64,000 nt of DNA from Octopus sinensis. Lineage: Eukaryota. Below are positions 37,782 to 49,644 of this stretch, piece by piece. The notes below the pieces were generated by a model. The model had not been told where the DNA came from, ran no database searches, and saw only the letters and a program-made list of their open reading frames with translations. Positions within the stretch are counted from its first letter, which is position 1. Each line of letters opens with the position of its first letter. Position numbers and translations under genes: made by a program. Location of the stretch: positions 149,296,001 to 149,360,000 of the forward strand of contig NC_043000.1 in assembly GCF_006345805.1 (NCBI RefSeq), written 5' to 3'.

Positions 37782-37801
37782 TCTGTCTGTATGTATGTAT
37801 G

Positions 37802-38051
37802 TATGTAGAAAAATACAAACTGGGACAAGAACGTGAAACATTTAGAAGACGATACAAAAAACACGGACGGGACATTCGAAGCCTTCAATCTTCAGTCAAG
37901 AACCGGATCATCCTCTCAATTTCGAACCGAAATTGCGAGGATGATCCGCTTCTTGACTGAAGATTGAAGGCTCTGAATGTCCCGTCCGTGTTTTTTTGTA
38001 TCGTCTTCTAAATGTTTTACGTTCTTGTCCCAATTTGTATTTTTCTACATA
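37802..38051. repeat. Fold-back (~122-bp arms, 3-nt loop), same family as 19632..20011
   Basis: Same outer ends; centre CAATTTCG-AAC-CGAAATTG. Confidence 0.9.
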
Positions 38052-38272
38052 TAATATATATAGCGACGCCCGTACCCTCTTTGGCCTTGTATGTATGTAT
38101 GTATGTATGTATGTATGTATGTATGTATGTATGTATGTATGTATGTATAAATATGGCCGGTCTATGGGGTTTGGCTTTAGAGTATTTCTTCATACTCCAA
38201 AACCCATTGGTCAATGGTCTCTCTAACTAGTGGACGTCTCATCAGACTCTAAAAGCCGAAGCTTCGACTTCA

Positions 38273-38332
38273 GAGTCTGACGAGACATCCACGAGGCTAA
38301 AGCCTTTCTGGATGTGAAACCAGTGGTCACTC
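38273..38332 (+). ncRNA. Type-I hammerhead ribozyme with canonical core and GUC site
   Basis: GAGU-CUGACGA-G-ACAUCCA[..AGGC UAAA GCCU..]UGGAUGU-GAAA-CCAGUGG-UC|ACUC. Confidence 0.8.
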
Positions 38333-40074
38333 CATGACTGGATATAGATTCAATTACTTTTGATACATTACTACTCTATAAACACACAAGAACACACGCC
38401 ATTGTTACTTCTATATAATTGTTTCTCATTTAGACACATGGCTAACTTTTTTGAAAGGAGTTGGGTTAGTTGCTACCGTCAACTCCTGTATCTGGTTGAT
38501 ACTTTATTTTATCAACCTCGGAAGTAATGAAAGATAAAGTTGTTTTCGGTTCGATTCGAGCTCGGGAGGTAAAGTGCCGGAAGAAACACCGCAAGGTAAA
38601 TTGCATTATTTCTATATTTAAAGACTTGTCCAAAAATATATTCTGTTATAGACCAGAGGGAGAGCGAGAGAGAGAGAGGGCATCCGAGTTGTGATTTCGA
38701 CTTAGTTTGGCATATTCAGACCCGGTGCAATCATAACCATAGACGCTCTTTCTGTCAAATTATCACATATAGAGCTGTTATTTCAGAGAAAAGCGAAATA
38801 ACTAAAATATACATTGTTACATATAAATTATGAATTTATTATGTTCTCTGGTGCATTACGTACAGTTTTCATACATAACTCAAATGAAATACACGCGAGC
38901 GCGCACGAACACGCACACACACACACACACAAAGCATATGTATATAAATATAATAAACGATTTTTACGTATATCATATTAAATGCCTGTACTAATTTAAA
39001 TAGTTCCTGTAAACAATTTGTTATTTACTAATTTATTATTTCAAACCTAATATTTATTCAACTTGAAAATAATTTTATGAATTTCAAAATAACAGTTTTT
39101 GAAATTATTTCCTTCTTTTCGAATATTTTTGATTAACGAGTAAGATAGCGGAAGATATGTTTCTGTCTTCAAAAAAATTTTCCAATTATATTTATTCTTC
39201 CTCCTGTCTATATGTACTCTTATAATTTCGCATGATAAATTTAAAAACATTCCGAGTACCATTCCTCTTTTTCTATGCGTACCAATTCCTTTGTCGCGTT
39301 TATTGTCCCTACTCTATTTTTCGATTTATTTTCCTTCTCTTTCTTAACGTTACGCTCAAAACCTCCTTGCCAATTTTCGCTTGCCTGTCGGAATAATGTG
39401 CAGATATGTAATATTGCACTGCACAAGAAAAGAGAACTACAGTCGAATAAGAGCGTGTGAAAAATAAAACCATAATAGATGGGAAAAAAGAAAAAGAAAA
39501 GAAAGGAAAGATAAGTAAAAAACAAAACAACCAACCAATTCATTTAGGAGGATACATATGTATATATATTGGTACGCATTTACGAATATGAAACACATTT
39601 CTTAGAATCTGGATACGTATCGAGCACCGGGCTGGTATGTTACGACTCTATTCAAAATATCACCATTCACTATTCTCTATTTCACACAAATGCACGAAAT
39701 TAATACTATTTCACATTTTAAACATTCATCATTTTCCCAAATAATCATCTTGTTCTTCCTGCCGTTTCTCTACACGCAAATTTTTGAAAATGTATCATAT
39801 TGATAAAGGCATTGCATTAATCATATTTGTTAACAGATTGGACGTTCGTGGTATTTTTAAGACCCTCCCCACCAAAAAAGGACTAGATAAAAAAAAAAAA
39901 GAGTATGTGTGCTTTTATATATATATATATATGTGTGTGTGTATATATATATATATATGTATAATGATTCTTTGAATACATGTATACCAATACATTCATG
40001 TTTATGTGTGTATGCATATATATATATTCATCCATACACACCTGTTTTTGTAAGCATATACCTATCTACTTTCA

Positions 40075-40088
40075 TATCTATCTATCTT

Positions 40089-40175
<87 letters not shown>

Positions 40176-40635
40176 GGTATAGGAACATATGTACTTGTGT
40201 GCGCGTGCATGCATATGTATCTCGCTCTCCCCCCTCTCTCTCTGTATATATATATATATACTCATGTATATACATGTGTATAAACATACACATCTCAATA
40301 TATCTATGCACACACACACACAAAAAAAACATACATGCAAGCACATCTATATATGTATCGAACATATACCCATGTGTGTACGTTTGTGTGCACACGCATA
40401 CACATGTACTGTGCATGTATATATGTATGAGTGTATATCTATCTTTATACCGCACGCACACACATACACGCGCACATATGTCATCAGTCATCTTCACCAT
40501 TATCGCGTGTCATTCCTTGTCTAAACACCAGAGTCCACATTCTTTCACTACCTACAATACTGTGAAAGTTGTTGTTTTGGAAATAACGGTTTACGACGAG
40601 TGGTCCCTAAATCCCTTCTCGCAGCGCAGACGATT

Positions 40636-40720
<85 letters not shown>
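40075..40720. repeat. (TATC)n and (GA)n microsatellites
   Basis: (TATC)n at about 40075..40175; (GA)n at about 40635..40720. Confidence 0.9.
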
Positions 40721-40726
<6 letters not shown>

Positions 40727-41110
40727 GAGGGACGCGGAGAGAAAACGTCATTTGTATATTCAACTTAGATTTGAACCCAGAATGTAAAGAACGGAACAAA
40801 TGCTGCGAAGCATTTTATCCGATGCTCTAGTGTTTTTGTATGCGTGAGTGTGTCTGCGTTTTTGTATACTAGTATATATATGTGTATATGTAAATACGTG
40901 CACACATGTATTTGTGTTTGCCTGTGCGCGTGTTCGAATATATGAAAATACATACATGCATACCAATATACATGTACGCATATGCACACACTTAAAGCAC
41001 AGAAACACACATCGCAAAAGCATCCATGTATGTATGATTATACATACATTGCAGCACCTATCAACATTTATACGTATATGCCTAAATTTGTACACACACA
41101 CACACACACA

Positions 41111-41170
<60 letters not shown>

Positions 41171-41589
41171 GCGCGTTGAAAGGCATAAAAGAAACAAAGA
41201 ACACATTAAAAAAATATAATCTTTATAAGGAATATTTGGAGGATCAATGTTTACGTCGGTTGTACAAAACGAACAATTATCAGCTGCTGAAATCACAACT
41301 AAAAATAATTTTATAATCGCGTGCCTGTGTGTGCGCGCGTACACCCCCCCTCTCTCTCTCTCATTTCATTTCATTTCACAAGCTATGACATAACTGTATT
41401 TCTCTGTCTCAATATATCAAAAATTGCACCAACACACAACCACAAACAATAGTGAAACCAATATTGTGAGAGAATTTTATTGACTTTCACAGATTAAATT
41501 CTTAGCTGTGGTTGTTGAAATGTACGGCTCGTGCATAAATACCCGCACACATACAGACACTCACCCATCTATCAATTCAATCTGTTCAT

Positions 41590-41666
41590 CTCTCTCTCTC
41601 TCTCTCTATCTCTATCTGTCTATCTATCTGTCTATCTATCCATCTATCTATCTATCTATCCATCTA

Positions 41667-41703
<37 letters not shown>

Positions 41704-41725
41704 CTATCTATCTATCTATCCATCC

Positions 41726-41809
<84 letters not shown>

Positions 41810-41849
41810 GTCTATTCATCCATCTATCTATCCATCTATCTCTCTATCC

Positions 41850-41912
<63 letters not shown>

Positions 41913-42118
41913 CATCTATCTATTTAAAAAAAAATTATATCCCCCCCTTATTTTGTCCTCTTTCTTTCCATTTACGATCCCTTTTGATCGAAAACCAAAC
42001 CCCCTTCTTTTACCCCCAAAAGAAAAGCTCTACCTTGTAATTTTGTCCTGTCTGTGTGCAGCCCTGTGTGGCTAATAAAGAAACATATCCATCCATCCAT
42101 CCATCCATCCATCCATCC

Positions 42119-42155
<37 letters not shown>

Positions 42156-42205
42156 CTATCTATCTATCTATCTATCCATCTATCTATCCATCCATCTATC
42201 TATCA
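41590..42205. repeat. (TATC)n/(TCCA)n arrays around an L1/Tx1-like tail fragment at 41940..42085
   Basis: Direct reading; the tail fragment is homologous to 1990..2180. Confidence 0.85.
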
Positions 42206-42796
42206 CTTTTATCAGATAATTTATTTAATATATACAACATCAGCATTATCTACGCAGTTTGGTAATGTTTATAAATTATGGTAGACATTCGATAAACAAT
42301 AGAACACATTTCGAAAAATGATTGTTTGTAAAAATGGCAAAAATATCTGACTGACGAACAAACGTTAATATTTTTAAGAGAATCGTAAAATATCAGCTGC
42401 TCCAAACATTTTTTTTTAGTCTTGCATGCATGTTTACATACATACATACATACATACAGATTCGTGTACAGTAATTTTCTATTAAAGCACTTGTTTTTCA
42501 CGTGTCGTGTGTATGTGGCGGTAAAGGAGGGTGTTGTGGGAATGGTAAAAATGAGTCTTTTGCACGATACACTCTGCCAGTCTGCATGTTTTCCTCTGTT
42601 GGTATCGAAATGGAATGAACCTATTTGTCGCTACATTTAATAACCGTTCACATCTTATGATTAAAAGATTAAAAAAAAAAAAAATTAAAAAAAAGATGAA
42701 AAGTTTAAGCTTCATTGATTTATAGATTAATGTTCACCTCTGCAATATTTCCCCGTTACTTTATACACTATTGATGAGTGAATGAATAAATTAACG

Positions 42797-42828
<32 letters not shown>

Positions 42829-42835
42829 TAATGAT

Positions 42836-43400
42836 TTTATTTATTTGCAACAAGGGCGAAAGATGAGGGTGGGGGGACAATGCAAAGACAGATATAAGGT
42901 GTGGGGGTTTACATATAGTGAAATGATAGAAAATAAAAAGAAAAGGAAAGAGATTAAGTATACACGGTATAGAGTGAAAAAGAAGGGACATATGCATAGC
43001 ATACAAAGGTTAAAACAGAAAAGTGGTGGGGAGGATGGTGGTAGAGATGTGGCCCTCCTGATACAGGAAAGTGTCTAGGGGTAATTGAGGAACCCCACCA
43101 TCCAAGATTTCCTTGAAACCCAAAGAGCAAGGATCCCTCTCCAATTCCTTCTCTCTGACTCACAGGTCTACACTTAGAGAGGCACCAACCACTCTTGCCA
43201 TTTTTGCAACTTTCACCCACCTTTCAATAAACTCAATTGAGGACAGTAATTCTCTCTCCACTTTCAATTTCCTTCCCAAGAGAAACTTAAAGAAGTCAAT
43301 GAGAGCTCTACCAAAGAGGAATGTATCTGTCCTCATGCTTTTCAACCTTGTCCACCGAAATCCTTTCTACTTAAGGCACAATGCCTGAAATTTTGCCGAA
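42836..43400 (-). mobile_element. L1/Tx1-like LINE 3' end (ORF C-terminus and UTR)
   Basis: ORF 43160..43345 reads LIDFFKFLLGRKLKVER...ERWVKVAKM. The clade assignment is from my recollection of such C-termini. Confidence 0.55.
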
Positions 43401-43553
43401 GGTGGCAAGTTCATTACATTGATCCCAGTGCATAACTGGTACTTATTTTATCAACCCCGAAAGGATAAAAGGCAAAGTTGACCTTGGCAGAATTTGAACT
43501 CTGAATGTAAAGATGGACAAAATGCTGCTAATAATAATAATAATAATAAAAAA

Positions 43554-44107
43554 TGTCCTAATGCAGTACCAGGCAGTGGTTTTCATGGCTTCTGATCTTA
43601 ACTGATTGCAAGTGTTATCATGTACATGTTTTGTTTTGGTATAAAAGATAGGCTACAGCAAATATTCTGCTCAATACAACAGATTTGCTTATCAGTTGTT
43701 TGAACTTAACCAGTTGAGCATGTCCCTTGGTGACTAATGATATGTGCAACTCTGATCATGAGCAGAAGTAGTGGGGGAGCACCATAGCCATGTGTTCAGA
43801 AGAATTCTTTGGGGTTTGAATAATTCACCTCTGGAAACATGGGTATTTCATTCAACATCCTTAAACAACCCTTATTCAAAGACCATTTGAGCAGGATGGG
43901 CTACTCAACATGAAGAAAATTTAAGCTGGGCCCCACCTGCAAGATCATGCATTGTTTATCTTGATATGAGATCACCATGTCGCGCACATATGGTTGTGAT
44001 GCATGTGTCTGGTCTACCCTTATCAAACGGGTAGTCACGATGGGTATACTGGGCTTTGTATATTTTACCCCAGTGTCACTTTGATGGCATGCACTGCTCT
44101 CTCACTT
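43554..44107 (+). mobile_element. ~500-bp (AAT)n-tailed retroposon, copy 2 (longest)
   Basis: Homology to 30851..31351. Confidence 0.8.
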
Positions 44108-44561
44108 AATAATAATAATATAATTTCTTTATTAACCAGTAAGGGCTTACATTAAAAGAAATGTGGACAGCACAAGACAAATAGAATTTGGAGTTACATG
44201 AAAGTCATGTAAACAATAAAAAATATTTGATTATAACAAGAAAATTCCCAAAAAGTGGGAGACCTCCTAGGACTGCTCTTGGAAACCTCACGAATCTACA
44301 ACAATCCTGACCACCAGTGTAAGCACCCTCTCCACTTTGTCTACAAGCACATGCTTAGAGTAGGCCATTAAGCACAAAAAACTGATCTGCTCAGGACAGC
44401 TAGAATTTTGAGATTGGTACTTGAATGTTGAATGTCTTCCACAATAACTAACAATCAAGACCTCTGGTACCAGGATACTATCTGCTCTCACATAATAAAC
44501 CAGAGTGAACAAGACCAAATGTTCTGAGAAGAAAAACAATTACAATAATAATAATAATAAT

Positions 44562-44773
44562 CCTTTCTACTATAGGTGCAAAGCCTGAAATGTGCAGGTA
44601 GGGGACTAATTGATCACATCAACCTCAGAACTCAACTGGTACTTAATTTATCGACCTCAAAAGGATGAAAGGCAAAGTCATCCTCAGTGGAATTTGAACT
44701 CAGAATGTAGCAATAGGCAAAGTACTGGTAAGCATTTCATCCAACATGCTACTGATTCTGCCAGCTTGCCACC
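44562..44773 (-). mobile_element. SINE with family-D head and core but a different (ATT)n-ending tail
   Basis: Head and core align to 19244; the tail reads TTTCAGGCTTTGCACCTATAGTAGAAAGG(ATT)n. Confidence 0.7.
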
Positions 44774-44867
<94 letters not shown>

Positions 44868-44868
<1 letters not shown>

Positions 44869-45333
44869 TGTCTTGGTATAAAATGATGGGCTACAGCAAA
44901 TACCACAGATTTGTTTGTCAGTTGTTTGACGTTAACCAGTTGAGCATGTCCCTTGGTGGCTGACGATATGTGCATCTCTGATCACGAGCATAAGTAGTAG
45001 GGGAGCATCATAGCCATGTGTTGAGAGGGATTCTTTGGGGTTTGAATAATTCACCTCTGGAAACATGGGTGTTTCGTTCAACATCCTCAAACAACCCTTA
45101 TTCAGGGACCTTTTGGGTGGGATGGGTTACTCGACCAGAAGAAAATTCTAACTGGGCCCTACCTGCAAGGTCATGTGCTGTTTATCTTGGTATGAGGTCA
45201 CCATGTTACGCACATATGGTTGTGATGCATGTGCCTAGTGTACTCTTATCAGACGTGTAGTCATGATGGGTATACTGGGCTTCGTATATTTAACCCCAGT
45301 GTCACTTTGATGGCAGGCACTGCTCTCTCACTC
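44868..45333 (+). mobile_element. ~500-bp (AAT)n-tailed retroposon, copy 3
   Basis: Homology to the other copies. Confidence 0.8.
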
Positions 45334-45383
<50 letters not shown>

Positions 45384-45635
45384 TATATAATAATAATAAT
45401 AACTGATAAAAGATGCATTTGGAACTACATGTAAAGACATAGACAAATGGCTCAAGAAGATTGTAATAGAATGCCCTTCTACAGAAAATTTATCTCTTAG
45501 GGACAGGAAAAGAAATAGCGGGTGGGTCTTAAGCACTTGGAATATTAGTGAAAGCTTGTGTATATCTAAACTTAGAGTAACCCTCTACCCACATAAGTTC
45601 TACTAGGAATAAGATTGAATCTGAGTCAAAGATAA

Positions 45636-46680
45636 TAATTCAAGCATTAAGGACTAATTGGATAAAAGACAAGATAGACAAAAACCAAGTAGATTCCCAA
45701 TGTAGATTATGCAAATCAAAAGAGGAAAGCGTTACTCATATAGTAAGTGAATGTAGCATGCTGGCACAGAAAGAATACATGAAAAGACATCACAGCCTAG
45801 GGAGAGTAATCCACTGGGAGTTATGTAGATAGCTAGGATTTGAACATACAAATAAATGGTATGAACATGAACCTAGTAAAGCACTAGAAAGTAAGAAATA
45901 CAAGATGTTGTGCCACTTGAACATTTAGACTGACAGGATAATAGAAGCTAGAAGGCCTGATTTATTAGTAACTAGCAGTATCAGCCGGCGTTGCTTGGGT
46001 TTGTAAGGGAAATAACTATATAAGCATTTTTAGAGATGTAAAGTATAATAGTCATCTCAATATGGTTAACCACAAAGGGGGGTGGGTGTTACTGTAGCTT
46101 TTTACGTTCTGAGATTTAATAATAAATTTTTAGAGAGTTACTTCCCTTATATATGCCAAAAATGCATTAAAAATGGGAAAAATTGATGGTAAATTTTTTT
46201 TTAAATCGTAGACTCATCGTAGACGCGTGCTAATACCCAGAAGGGCTCGATATGAATCACGACTATAAGATACCCGGTTTTGGTTAAACTGCACCGCAAA
46301 ATGTGGGAGTAGTTAGGAATCTAAATCGAAGGAGACAGACACTCACACAACCTCACTTTTATATATATAGATAGATAAAGAAAATAGAAAGTGCCAGATA
46401 ATCGACTTTACAGTCCCAAATGATGAAAAAAAATCAATATGAGAGGTATAGAAAAATAGCAAAGTACTAGGACCTAGCCATTGAATTACAGAGACTATGG
46501 AAAGTGCGGGTAAAAATGTATCCCAGTAGCTATAGGTGCATTGGGAAGTATCCCTAAAGATTTGAACAGATGGATAGAGGAAATAAGCATAAAACCCAGT
46601 TCAGTACAGCTCCAGAAAACAGTGTTATTAGGAGAGCTAGGATACTTAAGAGGGCTCTTGGCATCTAAGTTTACTTGTAG
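45636..46680 (+). pseudogene. Dong/R4-like LINE C-terminal region (CCHC and REL) split by a Helitron
   Basis: CRLCKSKEESVTHIVSEC, RRPDLLV|IDKENRKCQIID and AIGALG. Confidence 0.8.
45972..46371 (-). mobile_element. Non-autonomous Helitron
   Basis: Same family as 18527; removing it restores the LINE frame at an A|T junction. Confidence 0.9.
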
Positions 46681-46731
46681 CCCGATGTTAGGAAGTTTTC
46701 TTTTCCAACAGTCTAATCTGTTGTGTGTATA

Positions 46732-47136
46732 CTCTTTTACTTGTTTCAGTCAATTGACTGCGGCCATGCTGGGGCACCGCCTTTAGTCGAGCAAATCGAC
46801 CCCGGGACTTATTCTTTGTAAGCCCAGTACTTATTCTATCGGTCTCTTTTGCTGAACCGCTAAGTGACGGGGACGTAAACACACCAGCATCGGTTGTCAA
46901 GCAATGCTAGGGGGACAAACACAGACACACAAACACATACACACACACACTTATATATATATATACATATATACGACAGGCTTCTTTCAGTTTCCGTCTA
47001 CCAAATCCACTCTCAAGGCATTGGTCTGGCCGGGGCTTTAGCAGAAGACACTTGCCCAAGGTGCCACACAGTGGCACTGAACCCGGAACCATGTGGTTGG
47101 TTAGCAAGCTACTTACCACACAGCCACTCCTGCGCC
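46732..47136 (-). mobile_element. SINE family A
   Basis: Homology to the other copies. Confidence 0.9.
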
Positions 47137-47192
47137 TGCATATATGAATAATAATAATAATAATAATGATAATAATAATAATAATAATAATA

Positions 47193-47224
<32 letters not shown>

Positions 47225-47591
47225 AAAAGATTGGCAGAAAGCCACAAATTTTGAAGAAGGGTGTAGATTAGTTAATTGATCCAACTGCTTGTCTGATACT
47301 TATTTTATTGACCCAGGAAAGATCTAAGAAAAAGTCGATTTAAATTCAGAATCTAAATTCATAGAAATAAAATAGCAAATGTATTATGCCCAGCACAGTA
47401 TTGATAATTAAAGAAGACCATACTGTAATTGGCCTACTACTATACTGCATCTACCAGCTACCTAAGTTAGTAAAAAAAAATTTTTTTTAATTCCTTTCTA
47501 TCTCAGCAGAGCAGAAGGGTAATAAATGAAGGTAAAATTTTAACACTATGGAGTTCATAGCGAGTATGAAAACAGGCAGAAAATATGTATA

Positions 47592-47651
<60 letters not shown>

Positions 47652-47952
47652 ACACACACACACACGCACACATGTATATATATATATCATCATTATCGTT
47701 TAATGTCCATTGTCCTTCTTCTATGGGTAGGATGGTTGACAGGAGCCAGCCTGGTAGAAAAGCTACCCTAGGGTACTGTGTCTGTGTTGGCAGGGATTTT
47801 ATGACTGGATGCCCTTCCTAACACCAATCAATCCACAATGGACTCAGTGCTAATTATGTGGCACAAGCACAACAGAGGTTAGTTTTGGCATGATTTTTAC
47901 AACTGGATGCCCTTAAATATATCATCATCATCATCATCGTTTAACGTCCGTT

Positions 47953-48120
47953 TTCCATGCTAGCATGGGTTGGACGGTTCAACCGGAGTCTGGGAAGCCA
48001 GAAGGCTGCACCAGGCTCCAGTCTGATCTGGCAGTGTTTCTACAGATCAGACTGGAGCCTGGTGCAGCCTTCTGGCTTCCCAGACCCCGGTCGAGCCATC
48101 CAACCCATGCTAGCATGGAA
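47953..48120. repeat. Fold-back of an RTE 3' tail (78-bp arms, 12-nt loop)
   Basis: The arm sequence matches the RTE tail at 49650..49745. Confidence 0.85.
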
Positions 48121-48849
48121 ATATATATTAAAAGTCAGGGTACAGTATGCATCTGTTCGCTAGAAAGAAGAGTTAAAACTTCCCAAAGCCACGTATCTCT
48201 CGCTATATGTAAACATGCATGGAGAATGTAGTGAATATACTAAAAAAAATAAAGTTGTCCCATTTGTAAAACTACAAATAGGAAAGTAGATATCCCAGTA
48301 TCGGTTGACTTCGCTTTCTGTGCCAACGACAGCTAGGCTTATTATGTAAACTATTTTTAAAACTATACTTACCATTCTGTGCAAGTCTGTCCAGCTGAAG
48401 GTCCCACGACTTCCAAATGAACATTAGCAAGCAATTATAAATTCAAAATTGAAATAAAGTTTTCGTTATCTTTAACCCTTTCATTACCAACCTGGCCAAA
48501 ACTGGCTCTAGCTCTGTAGTATTAATGTCTTGTTTTTATAGGTTTTTCATTAAAACCTGTTTTCATAGGTTTTTCATTAAATTATGATAAAACATAACCA
48601 AATAGGCAAAATAAGCAAACTATATATTAAAAGTTAGGGCACGATATGCACCTGTTTGCTAGAAAGAAGAGTTAAAACTCTCCACAGCCATGCATCTCTC
48701 ACTACATGTAAATACATGCAGAGAATATAGAAAATGTACTAAAAAAAACAGTCGGCCCATTTGTAAAAGCTCGTACAAATAGAAGAGTAGACATCTCAGT
48801 ATCTATTGATTTTGCTTTCTGTGCCAAAAACATTTAAAGCCTAGTTTTG

Positions 48850-48853
48850 TATA

Positions 48854-48889
<36 letters not shown>

Positions 48890-49038
48890 TGTATGTATGT
48901 ATGTATGTATTATGTATGTATGTATGCATGTATGTATATATGTATGTATATATATATGTATGTATATATGTATGTATGTATATATGTATATATGTATGTA
49001 TACATGTATATATGTATGTATATATGTATGTATGTAAG

Positions 49039-49071
<33 letters not shown>

Positions 49072-49230
49072 TATATATAATGTATGTATGTATATATATA
49101 TGTATGTATGTATGAATATATATATGTATGTATGAATATATATATGTATGTATGTATGTATATATGTATGTATATATATATATGTATGTATGAATATATA
49201 TGTATGTATGTATGAATATATATATGTATG

Positions 49231-49262
<32 letters not shown>

Positions 49263-49272
49263 AATATATATG

Positions 49273-49311
<39 letters not shown>

Positions 49312-49563
49312 TATGTATATATGTATAATATATATATATGTATGTATTCATATATGCATGTATGTATGTATATAGGGAAAGGTGGGAGAGAAAAACAGAA
49401 GGCTGAAGAACAAGAGAGGGAGAGAGATTGATAGAAGAGTGCACATCATAATTATGAAGATAAAAACTTGTATGTATATATATATACACATGTATGTACG
49501 TGTGTGTGTATATATATATATATATATAAATAAATATATATCTATATATACATATACACACAC

Positions 49564-49601
<38 letters not shown>

Positions 49602-49640
49602 TGATATATATTGATATATATATGTATAGATATGTACATA
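48850..49640. repeat. (TATG)n/(TA)n microsatellite block
   Basis: Direct reading. Confidence 0.9.
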
Positions 49641-49644
49641 TGTG

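Noticed and set aside
43554-43620. HDV-like ribozyme at the 5' end of the AAT-tailed element
   Set aside because: I could not build the nested double pseudoknot by eye; a descriptor search would be needed.
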